Source: Cladosporium halotolerans (Eukaryota). Taken from it: DNA of 64,000 bases. The notes below the pieces were generated by a model. The model did not search any database. It saw only the letters and a list, made by a program, of their open reading frames with translations, and was not told where the DNA came from. Positions 1-10,380 of this stretch are shown here, piece by piece. The position numbers were made by a program, and so were the translations under genes. Where the stretch lies: positions 1,240,001 through 1,304,000 of the forward strand of contig NW_027191453.1 in the NCBI RefSeq assembly GCF_011745625.1. The letters run 5' to 3'. The stretch's first letter is position 1. Every line of letters begins with the position of its first letter.

Positions 1-3000
1 GTGGAGACGGCTCATGACAGACTCGGTGAACTCAGGCTCGCGTTCGCTGATGAGCTCGGAGAACAGCGACTGGACAGCTTCGTACTGGAAGACGGCGCCC
101 TCGGTTGCTTGAGCGTACACGGAGGAAGCTGAGCTGTAGACCGCGTCGGTGAAAGGCGGAGGTTGACCGTAGATCTGGTCGCTTGCTTGGGCAATGAGAG
201 ACTCCCAGTTCTCCTCGGCGCGAGAAGCCATTGACTCCATGAAAGGAGTCTGCGAGCCGAAGATGGCAGTGCTGGCAGCTGAAGCAGCCTGGTCGTAGGC
301 GGCAGGAGTCGTGCCGTAGATAGCATCGTGCGCATAGGTAGACGCGTACATCATTTGAGAGGAGGCAGCAGCGACGGCGGCTTCGTACTGAGCCTGCGCT
401 TCCGCGACCACAGACTCAATAGGGGACTTGCTGGTTGCACCAGCTGCCGATCGGGCCTTGTTGGTCAGATCGTCGAGGTTCGCACTCGCAGCAGAGACCG
501 CAGAGCTGTAGGAAGCCTGTGCGGCGTTGATATAAGCTTGGTAAGCCGGGGTCTGGTAGGCGCTGGTGGCCGAGGCGAACTGGCTCGAAGCGGCAGAGGA
601 GGCGGCATCGTATTGCGAAGCGATGGCATCGAGGGCCTCCTGAGCGGGAGACTTGGATGTCACGCCCGCGGCCGAAGTTGCGGAAGCGTATAGGTCCTGC
701 ATTTGAGAGCTGGCAGCAGCGACGGCAGCTTCGTAAGTGCTCTGAGCGGCTGCAACATACGCCTGCCAGCCGGTAGTCGGAGTAGCACCGACGGCGCTGC
801 TCGCTGCACCAACGAAGGAAGAGTACTGATCGTGGGCGTAGCCAATACCTTGGTAGTAAGCTTGCTGGGCGTTAGCCAGGTACGCCTGGTGAGCGGGAGT
901 CGGCTCTGCCCCAACAGCAATCTTGGCGCTCTGGTATTGAGCAGAAGCTGCGGACAGTCCTTCGGCGAGACGAGACGCGGCAATGGCGCTGATGCTCTCG
1001 TAAGCGTCTTCGACCTTTTCGAAGACAGGGGGCGTGGTGGGGACAGCTTCGGCGGCAACACTGTACCTTTCGCTTGCGGCGGAGACAGCATCCGAATACG
1101 CAGACTTGGCTGATTGGAACATCTCGCGGTGGATGGGTCTAGCGGTGCCACCCATCTGTTCGTAGATACGAGACTTGGCAGCATCGTAGTGAGACTTCGC
1201 CTGAGCGCTCGCCTCCTGGTAGCGAGAGGCAGCATCAATGGCAAGGCTTTCCGTTACTTGAGCAGCCTGCTCAGCAGCGACAGAGGCAGCAGAGCTAGCG
1301 GAAGAGGCAGCTCCGACGGGTGAAGGAGTACCGTAGATGGCGTACGAGGCGGCCGTCACGGCAGATTGATATTGCTCCTTGATAGCTTGAGTACCTTCGG
1401 CTTGAGCACCGAAGAGAACACTGCTTGCGGCGCTCCTGGCACTCTCGTATTGCTCACTTGCGACAGAGGAAGCGCTCTCGACGCTGCCCTGAGTAGAGGT
1501 AGCAGGCCTGATAGCATCCTGGATGGCCTGGGTGAGACGCGCACCTTGGTCCAGGACGTCGTCAGCCAACTCTCGGAGACGCTCATTGTAATCTTCAGTA
1601 TCCTCGTCAAGGTCATCATCTAAGATGGGGCCACTGGAGGATGGGACAGCCTGAGCCATTGCACCACCCCAGACCTTCGAGGAAGCGGTGGCACTGGCCG
1701 AAGACGCCTCCTCAACAATATCAGAAGCGAAATCAGAGGCCTCGGAAGCAACAGAGGAAGCGCTGGAAGCACCCTCAGTGGCGATGGAAGAAGCACCGCT
1801 ACTGATATCATCCTTTGCTGAGCGCCCGGAAGCAATGACACTGGCTGCCTGGGGGTCAAGGCTGCTCGAAGCATCGGAGACGGCGGAAGAAGCAGACGAG
1901 GCAAGGCTCTCATGTGCAGGCGTCTCTGAGCCAACAACCGCCTCAGACGCGGAGGATGCGGCGTCGGTCAAAGAGTCGGAGAGGGAAGACTCGGTACCAA
2001 TGACGACGGAGCTAGCATCTGATGCAGCACTGGAAGCAGATTCTGCAACCTTGCTAGTGACGCTCTCCACCTTGGGCTGTTCACTACCAACGACGGCTTC
2101 GGACGCCTGGCTAACAACGCTTTCTACGGACCCAGTAGAAGAGCCAGCGATCGCCTCTGAAACGTCAGAAGCCTTTTCTCCGGCGGCAGAAGTCAAAGAC
2201 TCGACCATGTCCTCGGCGGAAGAGCTACCGCTGGCAGCAGCTCGGGAAGCAGCGGCAGAAGCCTCGGCCGCTTGCTCAATTTTGCGCTGTGCGGCTTTGG
2301 AGACGCCGTCCCAAGGTTTGGTCTCAAAGTTATCGGTGGTTTCCTCAAGGGCAATCTTGTACTGGCCAACCTTCTTCAGCCTGGCGAGTTCCTTGGCAGC
2401 ATTCTCGGCGATAGTCATGCCGTCGTGCTCGACGTTCTGAGCAGCGTCTTTGGCGGAAGCAATGCTATCGTGCTCGACAGCGACCTTCTCGACGTCCTTG
2501 CGCCAGGCCTTGGTGGCCTTCTTCAGGTCGTTGTATTTGGACCAGTCCTTGTGTGCGAGGCCGCTGTCGGAGTACTTACGTCCGATCTCACTGAGACGGA
2601 TCTCGCGGATGCTGTCGACAGTCTCCAGGGTTGATTCGAGAGCCTTGTTGATGAGCTCAGTGGTCTCGCTCTGGTAAGCCTGATGCCACTCCCTGATCGC
2701 TTGTGCGCGGGCCTTCACGTTCTGTCCAGCCGAGCGGATAGCTGAAGCAAGAGCGAGCTCGACTTCTTCATTGTCCTCCTCGCTAGGGTCCTCTGGCAGG
2801 CCGCCCACGATAGCAAGAATCCGTGCCTTGACACTGTTCATCACGCCCTCAACGGTCTCTTCGAGCTGAATGACGAGGGCCTTGCCAACACCATCGACCT
2901 GACTCTTCTTCTGGTGTTCCGTAATCTCGTCCACGCGCTCCTTGAGATGCTCAGCGCCCTCATCAACCGCCTTCGAGCATACCTGCTCCCAGCTCTTGAG

Positions 3001-4023
3001 GTCCTGGAGGAACAGCTCGCGAGGCTCCACGGAAGGAGACGGCTCTGCAGCAACGCTACTTGCGGAGGATGCGCCCTTCGTGGCCTCGGAGACGGCAGAG
3101 GAGACGCTAGAGGCGGAAGCCGAGGCGGAGGAAGAAGCCTCCTCAGCGCTTGAGGACTTCTCCATGCTCTTGACCTCAGCCTCCAGCTTCTTTTCGTCGC
3201 GGTAGCGGCCAAGACGTTCCGTGATGCGCATAAGCTGCGGCTCGACGTTCTCGCCGTACAGGACGCGCATCTTGGGCCAGATCTGGCGAACCCAGAAAGA
3301 CCAAACCGCATTGCCGGCGTACTGAGCCTGAGGTAGGGCGGTTTCAACAGCGAACTGTCGGCCCTGAGTGAAGAGTTTCTGGGTGTAGGGCGCGGTCTTG
3401 CGGTAGACAGGCTGGACCTCGAGCTCCCAGATGTCCGAAGCAGAAGTCTTGAGAGACTGGTAGTGAGGGTTCACGGAATCATATGCCTTGTTCACGTAGG
3501 GTCCCAGCGCTGCCTCGTACTGCTTGGACGCATGCTGTCTTGCGACCTCAAGCTGCGGCTTGACGGTCTTGTCCCATTGCTTCAGTCCAATCTCTTGAGC
3601 TTGGGCGACACGGGGCGCGGCATGTTGCTGGTAAAGGGCGAAACCTGGCTTGTAGACCTGATTGTTCAGACGGTCGACGTACGGCTGGGCTTGCTGCACG
3701 TATGGAGAGAGGTGCTGGTCGTAGTATGGCTGGGCGTAAGGCACAACGTAGTCTCTGACCTGCAGATAACGCTTGCACACTTGAGGCGAGTCATCGCGAA
3801 GATCGGTCTGCGAGGATGGACACCTGAACACGATGGTGAGCAGGGAGTACCATATCAGCAGCTTCGCGGCCTTATCGACGATCCATCCAGAGAAGGAGCG
3901 CCTGCTGCTTTTTCGTCTGGACGAACGCGACGACTTGGAGCCGTGCGAGCCGGAGGTGGCAGTAGTGCCGTTCGGCTGGGCAGGCATGGTTGGTTTGGTG
4001 ATGTCGTTTGGCTCGTAGGCCAT
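1..4023 (-). CDS. SHE10-like membrane-anchored protein with Ala/Ser-rich C-terminal repeats (family often mislabelled 'transcription factor hoxa13'); 3' end runs off the window
   Basis: ATG at 4023 (caccaccATGG context) translates MAYEPNDITKP...WIVDKAAKLLIWYSLLTIVFRCPSSQTDLRDDSPQVCKRYLQVRDYVVPYAQPYYDQHLSPYV. The same frame reads ...PEFTESVMSRLH at base 1. It is absent from the ORF track, consistent with no stop before the window edge. The N-terminal TM segment, FRCP..VC motif and PY repeats match my recollection of this fungal family. Confidence 0.8.
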   Translation of the reverse strand, partial: MAYEPNDITKPTMPAQPNGTTATSGSHGSKSSRSSRRKSSRRSFSGWIVDKAAKLLIWYSLLTIVFRCPSSQTDLRDDSPQVCKRYLQVRDYVVPYAQPYYDQHLSPYVQQAQPYVDRLNNQVYKPGFALYQQHAAPRVAQAQEIGLKQWDKTVKPQLEVARQHASKQYEAALGPYVNKAYDSVNPHYQSLKTSASDIWELEVQPVYRKTAPYTQKLFTQGRQFAVETALPQAQYAGNAVWSFWVRQIWPKMRVLYGENVEPQLMRITERLGRYRDEKKLEAEVKSMEKSSSAEEASSSASASASSVSSAVSEATKGASSASSVAAEPSPSVEPRELFLQDLKSWEQVCSKAVDEGAEHLKERVDEITEHQKKSQVDGVGKALVIQLEETVEGVMNSVKARILAIVGGLPEDPSEEDNEEVELALASAIRSAGQNVKARAQAIREWHQAYQSETTELINKALESTLETVDSIREIRLSEIGRKYSDSGLAHKDWSKYNDLKKATKAWRKDVEKVAVEHDSIASAKDAAQNVEHDGMTIAENAAKELARLKKVGQYKIALEETTDNFETKPWDGVSKAAQRKIEQAAEASAAASRAAASGSSSAEDMVESLTSAAGEKASDVSEAIAGSSTGSVESVVSQASEAVVGSEQPKVESVTSKVAESASSAASDASSVVIGTESSLSDSLTDAASSASEAVVGSETPAHESLASSASSAVSDASSSLDPQAASVIASGRSAKDDISSGASSIATEGASSASSVASEASDFASDIVEEASSASATASSKVWGGAMAQAVPSSSGPILDDDLDEDTEDYNERLRELADDVLDQGARLTQAIQDAIRPATSTQGSVESASSVASEQYESARSAASSVLFGAQAEGTQAIKEQYQSAVTAASYAIYGTPSPVGAASSASSAASVAAEQAAQVTESLAIDAASRYQEASAQAKSHYDAAKSRIYEQMGGTARPIHREMFQSAKSAYSDAVSAASERYSVAAEAVPTTPPVFEKVEDAYESISAIAASRLAEGLSAASAQYQSAKIAVGAEPTPAHQAYLANAQQAYYQGIGYAHDQYSSFVGAASSAVGATPTTGWQAYVAAAQSTYEAAVAAASSQMQDLYASATSAAGVTSKSPAQEALDAIASQYDAASSAASSQFASATSAYQTPAYQAYINAAQASYSSAVSAASANLDDLTNKARSAAGATSKSPIESVVAEAQAQYEAAVAAASSQMMYASTYAHDAIYGTTPAAYDQAASAASTAIFGSQTPFMESMASRAEENWESLIAQASDQIYGQPPPFTDAVYSSASSVYAQATEGAVFQYEAVQSLFSELISEREPEFTESVMSRLH

Positions 4024-4810
4024 GGTGGTGAACGCGCCGGAGGAAACGTGAGCCAGCGACGCTAATGAACCTACAAGCTCCCCGGTCGAGCTTTATCGGA
4101 GCATGAGCTGTGTGAGCTTAGGGGATGTTTGCGAGGTTGCTTCGATGCGTCGCTGGGTTTGCAATGTGAAGTATCGTTGCGCGGCGAATTGCTCTGGCTA
4201 CGTGTTATAAGGAGACTCCCTCAGCAGCACACAGCAGCAGTGCAGACTCGCTGATGTGGTGGCGCACGTTGAGGTTGGCGATCTTCCACTTCCAAGGAAG
4301 CCGTGGCCGTCTCGCGTGCTCCCCCGTTCTGACGTAGCTCCGGCTTACGCTTATCTGCCTGAGGCTGCCACCCTGCGCCGCTAGCGACGACCCTTGCCCT
4401 GACGATGCGTGTCAGGCATGTGAAGGCGATCGTCCATTCACTCACGCTTCCGCTGGTCTTAGGTGCACCTTTCTCTTGATTTTTCAGTAGCGTGCCTACC
4501 ACAACCAAGGGCATCCCCATTATCAAGCGCAAACGCTTCTGACTGAGCAGCGTTTCGCGATCGGCGACTGGCTCTCCTGCTCTTGTTTCCCCGCGATCCG
4601 CCGACCGACCACCTTCCTGATCATCATACTTTTGGCGAGTTTGCACCTACGCAAGACAGCAAATACACCTTACCCTACAGCCCGCCGGTACTTGCCCGCA
4701 TACAAAGAGTGCTGCCGACACAGGTAGCCACCGCGGCTCCATGATCAATTAGCTCCAAAAGATAACGCCTCACCGGCTACGAGTATACGCATATCCACCC
4801 CACCAACGCC

Positions 4811-7800
4811 ATGGACAACTTCGGTGACTACGTCGAGTTTGACGGCCCTCTGCCTCAACATGACGAACCCTTAGGCGACGTCCCATTCGAAGACCTCTCC
4901 CGGAAAGACACCATCGAATCCAAAGCCGCCAGCGAGCCGAACTCCGAATCCCATCCGACATGCCGCATATGTCGCAGCGAAGGTAGCCCCGAAGAGCCGC
5001 TCTTCCACCCTTGCAAATGCAGTGGCAGCATTCAATATGTCCACCAGGAATGCCTCATGGAGTGGCTTTCGCACTCCCACAAGAAACACTGCGAGCTGTG
5101 CAAGACGCCTTTCCGCTTCACGAAACTTTACGATGCGAATATGCCTGCGCAGTTGCCGTTGGATGTGTTTTTCAAAAGAGCGCTGGTACATGTGGGTCAG
5201 ACGATATCTAATGGGTTCAGAGCGCTGCTCGTGGGACTAGTGTGGCTCGTCATTTTGCCCTGGGCAATTCGGTGGGCCTGGAGGTGGATGTTCTGGACAC
5301 TGGACGCTGGTTGGGCCAGAGAGATGTACCTCTACAAGCTGAAACGTTCGAGCGGCAGCATCACCAGGACGCTCTTGAAAGACAGTGCGTTGGGGCAGGC
5401 TGGGCAGCGGATACTAGGCGATCAGCAAGTTGGATCCGCCAACGGCAGCGTGTTCAGTCCTGTGTACAGCGCATTTGACGGCCTCACGTCGAGTCCCAAC
5501 TTGACGAGCTCAAATCAGACTGCGGACACGGCGCCATGGCCAGAGGCCGACACTTCCATCTTCTCTTCTTGGACCTACCTCTCAGAACTCACGGCCAATC
5601 CCGGCTTGAACCGTATCCTGCTTGACATTTTCGAGGGACAACTCATTACCTGCGTCGTGATCATTGGATTCATTCTGATCTTCCTCATTCGCGAATGGGT
5701 CGTGCAGCAACAGCCATTGGTCAACATGGACCAGTTGAACAACGTGCAGCAGCAACTACGCGAGGCGGCAGATCGCGTACAAGAGGAAAACGAGCGGTTC
5801 AGGAGGCAACAGGAACTGTTGGATCAAGCGCGGAGGCGTTTGGTGGAGCTTCAAAGAGAGACCGAGGATGCGCAGCGGCAAAACATGGACACTATCGGGC
5901 TGGAGAGACCAGAATTCATCGGCTGGGAAAGGCTCGAGGAGATCATCGACGTCGCTACCGAGCGACTCAGGAACGGAGACAGGGACGGATTCGAAGCGCG
6001 AGCACCGATCGTGACCGAGCAGATTCGCGCAGCTGGCTACGAATCGCCACCAGACCTGGACACTTTCACCGACACCGTTTACTCGAAGCTTGCATCTTTC
6101 CCGGACGCGGAACGCAGGGAGTGGGAGGCCGTGCTGGTATCCGAGATTCGTCAGAAGAACGTCAGGCTCGATGAGGTGCTCGGTCAAGACCGTGGAAACC
6201 GCATCGAGCCTACAGAGAATGACGACTCGGTGGCGCGGCCTCCCATGCCTGAGCGTGAGTTTTCCTCGCGCGCCACTCAGATCCAACGCTTGCTCGAAGA
6301 GGCGGACGGCATTTTCGGCCAGGTGCACGGCGACCCGAACAGAGCGGACACTGCGGCTGCTGATGCAGGCTCTAGAGCTGCTGCATCATCGTCGACGGAG
6401 AGCTGGCAACATGTTGCGGAGCCTGGCGGGCCGTCGCTGGCGGAAAGATTGGCTGAGTTGAGCGAGCGTATTTCGGAACCGCATTATGATGCTGAAAAGG
6501 AAGGCATCCCGGTTGCCAATGCAGGGCCGGATGCGAAGAAGAACATCAAGCGCAGCGGTACAGGAAATCCAAGGCCGGTGCCTGAGCCGAAACCGCAAGA
6601 TGAACAGCTGGCGGAAGACAATGCAGAGGGGAGCCCGAAGGCTGCTGGTCAAAATTCACAGCAGCCCACGGAAGATGATTCTGAGCAGCCGACGGCCTCT
6701 GCGAACGACGATCAATCCAACGGGGAGGTCCGTCAGCCCCCAGAGGAATCTTTGGCCACCCGCGTCGGCAGTGCTTTCAGGGAAGAGTTTGGGCTCGACG
6801 AGATCCAAGAACCCGCTGCCCGTGATCTAGCGGGCGCGGGCTCCCAGAACGAAACAGCTGCACCACAAACAGAGGAGGACCGAACACGAAGGCTGCACGA
6901 AAACCGACAGGATGGCTACTTCACGCGCCTGGCAGACTGGTTCTGGGGCGACATCAGCGTGGCGAATGCGGTGGATTCCATTCCTGCGCGCGAAGAACGT
7001 GTCCAGGATCAGGATGAACAGCAACCTCGTGTACAAGAAGCCGACGGCAACCTTGGTCAAGCTCAGCAGCGAGCAGAACGAGATCTGCCTAATGATGGGC
7101 CCGACCCCGAGGTGGCTGCTGCTGCAGCGCAGGCTGGCTTGGAAGCAGAGGCCATTGAAGACGCAGAGGATCTGGAGGGCATCTTCGAGCTCATGGGTCT
7201 ACAGGGCCCACTAACCGCGCTTTTCCAAACCTCAATGTTCTGCCTTGTCCTGGTCTCTGGCACCGTCTTCAGCGCTGTTGGTCTTCCTTACGCCTTTGGC
7301 AAACTGGTGCTTAGCTTCATCGGGAGCCCAGTCTACTTCATCTTCAAGCTGCCGCTCCAATCGGCTTCTTTTGTTGCTGACTTCGCCATTGACACATCTC
7401 TCTTCGTGGGAGGCTGGACGGCCATGGTCATTGGCTGCTTGAGCGAAGTCACCTACAAGTGCTTGAGCGCTCTACTGCGCCTACCGGCTTCCTCATTGCT
7501 GGAGAAGCTGACCAATGCTTCCATGAACACTGCTACGGCTTCCGGCGCCCGGCTGCAGAGCTTGTTCGTCGCAGACGCTGCCGGTGACGCGGGCATCAAC
7601 GAGTTCTTCCTCGGATGGAGTGTTCATTCGCACGCATCTTTGCGCGATCTGCAGGAGGAAATCAACGCCGTCCTGTCCTTCATCGGCCACGCTATCTTCT
7701 CCACAGCCGAGGTCATTTCAAGTGGCTCTCCTACAGCGGCTTGGGATAGAGTTATGAGCCTGCTGTCACATACGCCTGCCCTTCCATCAAGGCTGATGGC

Positions 7801-10042
7801 GGGTGTTGGTGTTCTGCAGCAGTGGACCACGTCGTCGCTTGAAGTTATGGGAACCTTGAAGACTGGCGCCCTGACTTTGAAAGTTCCGTCGACTTCGCCT
7901 ACTTCGATTGAACCGGGCCTCGTTTTCTGGAATTCCTCGGATCGAGTCCTAGCTGTTTTGTCTGGATACATCGCACTCGCCATGGTGGCTGCGTTGTATG
8001 TCGCCGCAGACACACCCATCACTAGCTCCCCCACCTGGCAACGTTACGAGAAGATGGTACGCGACACCCTTCGCCAAGCAGGTGGAGTCTTGAAAGTGAT
8101 TCTCATCATAAGCATCGAGATGCTGGTCTTCCCGCTCTATTGCGGGCTACTCCTGGACCTCGCTTTCCTTCCTCTGTTTGGAGATGCGTCTGTGTCCAGC
8201 CGCTTGAACTTTGCCGCGACCAGCCCTTACACATTCTGCTTCACACACTGGTTCGTGGGCACCTGCTACATGTTCCACTTCGCTCTTTTCGTTGGCATTT
8301 GCCGCAAGATCCTGCGCAAAGGAGTTTTGTGGTTCATCCGCGACCCAGATGATCCCACTTTCCATCCAGTACGGGACGTGCTCGAGCGCAACGTCACGAC
8401 GCAACTACGGAAAATCGCCTTTTCTGCCCTGGTATACGGTGCTCTGGTAATCCTGTGCCTTGGCGGCGTCATCTGGACTATCGGCAAGGTGTTCAAGGGC
8501 ATCTTCCCCATCCAGTGGCTTCAGACGGAGCCGGTTTTCGAGTTCCCCTTCGACCTGTTGCTTTACAACCTTATGACTCCCCTTTGCTTCCGCCTGATCA
8601 AGCCGAGCGACACCGTCAACTCTTTGTATGCTTGGTGGCTGCGGCGGTGCGCTCGAACCTTGCGCCTTTCGCATTTCCTCTTCGACAATCGTCGCAAGGA
8701 CGAAGAGGGACACCACGTTCACAAATCATGGACGAGCTTCTTCCTCATGCGAAGGGCAGACACAAGCGCCAGCAGCACCGTTCCGGCGGACCGCAAGCTC
8801 AATCCTTCTTCGGAGTCCACGCCAGAAGTGTACTTTCAGCGCGATGGGAAGTACGTTCTTACACCGTGCAATGACCAGTATAGGCCACCAAAGGCGGGCG
8901 AAGCGTTCTTGCACACGGATGACGAGGACGTGTACATTGTCGACAAGGACGGCAATAAGAACGAGCATTTCGCCAAGATGTACGTCCCGCCGCTTTTCAG
9001 AGTGCGCGTGACTCTCTTCATGGTGTGTCTTTGGGCTTTTTCGGCCACCGTGGGCCTAGGCGCCACGCTTGTACCATTGGTGTTTGGCAGGACTGCGTTT
9101 GGCTGGTGGTTCCCTGGCGTTCAAGTCAATGACATCTACTCCTACACTATCGGCGCATACGCGCTTGGCGGCCTACTGTACGCTGCTGTAAAGAGTGCAT
9201 CGGCCGTTCGTCACCTTCGGGATAGGATCCAGTCGATCGACTTGCGAGTCTGGTGCGCCAGGACAGCGAAGCTCGCCTTCCGCTTCGCCAAGTGCGCCTA
9301 CGTCTATGGTTCCATGGGCATCGGGCTCCCAATGTTCTTCGCCTTCGCCCTCCAGTTCTACCTGATTGTGCCATTGCACACCTACATGGTCGCGTCAGCT
9401 CACGAGCAGGCAGCCCAGAACGCCACAATCAGCACGACAAATATCACTGCCCAAACTTTCAACCAAACAGACACCGTCATCACGCCAGCCGCCACTCCGC
9501 GCCCCGGCCCCTGGCTCGCCGAGCACAACGTCCACCTCCTCAGCGACTTCGCCCTCGGCCTGCTATACTCCCGCATCGTCGTCTCGACAGCTTTCGCTTC
9601 CGGCCGGCCCTCGCGCGCCAAAGAGGCTTTCCGCCGCATCACCGCCGCCGGCTACCTCAACCCCAACACCCGCCTCGCCACCCGCTTCTTTATCCTGCCC
9701 GCTCTCATCCTCGCGACGCTCACTTTCGCTTTCCCGCCCTTGGGCGCGTGGACTGTCATTTCTGCGGCGCGGAGGCTCGGGTGCGGGATGGACAGCGATG
9801 TGCAAACGGTGATTTTCCGCTACTCGTTCCCGTGCGCGGGCGCGGTCGTCGCGGTGTTGCTTGGAGGGCTGGAAGTCGCTCGGGCGACGGAGAGGTGGCG
9901 GTCGAGAGTCAGGGATGAGGTGTACCTCGTTGGGGAGCGGTTGCATAATTTCGGCGAGAAGAAGCCGCCTGCGGGGACGAAGAGTGTTGTTAGGAGGGAG
10001 AGGCCGGTTGGTGGGAGGAGGGAGGTTGATTTGGACTTTTGA
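4811..10042 (+). CDS. DOA10: ERAD E3 ubiquitin ligase Doa10/MARCH6 (RING-CH, multi-pass membrane)
   Basis: 1743-aa ORF. N-terminal RINGv CRICRSEG...HPCKCSGSIQYVHQECLMEWL...CELC, many TM helices, TD-domain-like WFVGTCYMFHF...LRKGVLWFIRDPDDP, C-terminal RDEVYLVGERLHNF. Confidence 0.95.
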   Translation: MDNFGDYVEFDGPLPQHDEPLGDVPFEDLSRKDTIESKAASEPNSESHPTCRICRSEGSPEEPLFHPCKCSGSIQYVHQECLMEWLSHSHKKHCELCKTPFRFTKLYDANMPAQLPLDVFFKRALVHVGQTISNGFRALLVGLVWLVILPWAIRWAWRWMFWTLDAGWAREMYLYKLKRSSGSITRTLLKDSALGQAGQRILGDQQVGSANGSVFSPVYSAFDGLTSSPNLTSSNQTADTAPWPEADTSIFSSWTYLSELTANPGLNRILLDIFEGQLITCVVIIGFILIFLIREWVVQQQPLVNMDQLNNVQQQLREAADRVQEENERFRRQQELLDQARRRLVELQRETEDAQRQNMDTIGLERPEFIGWERLEEIIDVATERLRNGDRDGFEARAPIVTEQIRAAGYESPPDLDTFTDTVYSKLASFPDAERREWEAVLVSEIRQKNVRLDEVLGQDRGNRIEPTENDDSVARPPMPEREFSSRATQIQRLLEEADGIFGQVHGDPNRADTAAADAGSRAAASSSTESWQHVAEPGGPSLAERLAELSERISEPHYDAEKEGIPVANAGPDAKKNIKRSGTGNPRPVPEPKPQDEQLAEDNAEGSPKAAGQNSQQPTEDDSEQPTASANDDQSNGEVRQPPEESLATRVGSAFREEFGLDEIQEPAARDLAGAGSQNETAAPQTEEDRTRRLHENRQDGYFTRLADWFWGDISVANAVDSIPAREERVQDQDEQQPRVQEADGNLGQAQQRAERDLPNDGPDPEVAAAAAQAGLEAEAIEDAEDLEGIFELMGLQGPLTALFQTSMFCLVLVSGTVFSAVGLPYAFGKLVLSFIGSPVYFIFKLPLQSASFVADFAIDTSLFVGGWTAMVIGCLSEVTYKCLSALLRLPASSLLEKLTNASMNTATASGARLQSLFVADAAGDAGINEFFLGWSVHSHASLRDLQEEINAVLSFIGHAIFSTAEVISSGSPTAAWDRVMSLLSHTPALPSRLMAGVGVLQQWTTSSLEVMGTLKTGALTLKVPSTSPTSIEPGLVFWNSSDRVLAVLSGYIALAMVAALYVAADTPITSSPTWQRYEKMVRDTLRQAGGVLKVILIISIEMLVFPLYCGLLLDLAFLPLFGDASVSSRLNFAATSPYTFCFTHWFVGTCYMFHFALFVGICRKILRKGVLWFIRDPDDPTFHPVRDVLERNVTTQLRKIAFSALVYGALVILCLGGVIWTIGKVFKGIFPIQWLQTEPVFEFPFDLLLYNLMTPLCFRLIKPSDTVNSLYAWWLRRCARTLRLSHFLFDNRRKDEEGHHVHKSWTSFFLMRRADTSASSTVPADRKLNPSSESTPEVYFQRDGKYVLTPCNDQYRPPKAGEAFLHTDDEDVYIVDKDGNKNEHFAKMYVPPLFRVRVTLFMVCLWAFSATVGLGATLVPLVFGRTAFGWWFPGVQVNDIYSYTIGAYALGGLLYAAVKSASAVRHLRDRIQSIDLRVWCARTAKLAFRFAKCAYVYGSMGIGLPMFFAFALQFYLIVPLHTYMVASAHEQAAQNATISTTNITAQTFNQTDTVITPAATPRPGPWLAEHNVHLLSDFALGLLYSRIVVSTAFASGRPSRAKEAFRRITAAGYLNPNTRLATRFFILPALILATLTFAFPPLGAWTVISAARRLGCGMDSDVQTVIFRYSFPCAGAVVAVLLGGLEVARATERWRSRVRDEVYLVGERLHNFGEKKPPAGTKSVVRRERPVGGRREVDLDF

Positions 10043-10380
10043 GATGGGTCCGAGCATTGTTCCATTTTTGGACGGAGAAGGGAAATATAATTTGATGATT
10101 GCACGCTAGTTGAAGCGTGTCTCTTCTGGGTTTGAATGACCCTCTGTAGTATTTATACAATGGACTACTCTCTTCCCTATGCATGCGCCTGCAGGCAATC
10201 GTGCTTTTCTACAAAATCTTGCCGTAGCTGTTCCATTCCCCATCGATCACTCCTCTCTCCTGTAGAATCCAGCCAAGCACATATTGATACATATCCAATG
10301 TCCCAGCGCCCCAAACGCCTCGAAAATCGCTATGCGGTGTTCTCAAAAAATCGCCCTCCATTTTCAAACATGCCCTTTCT

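Noticed and set aside
1688..2440. 250-aa + strand ORF and neighbouring + ORFs in 328-4065
   Set aside because: Antisense shadows of the minus-strand SHE10-like gene, caused by codon bias.
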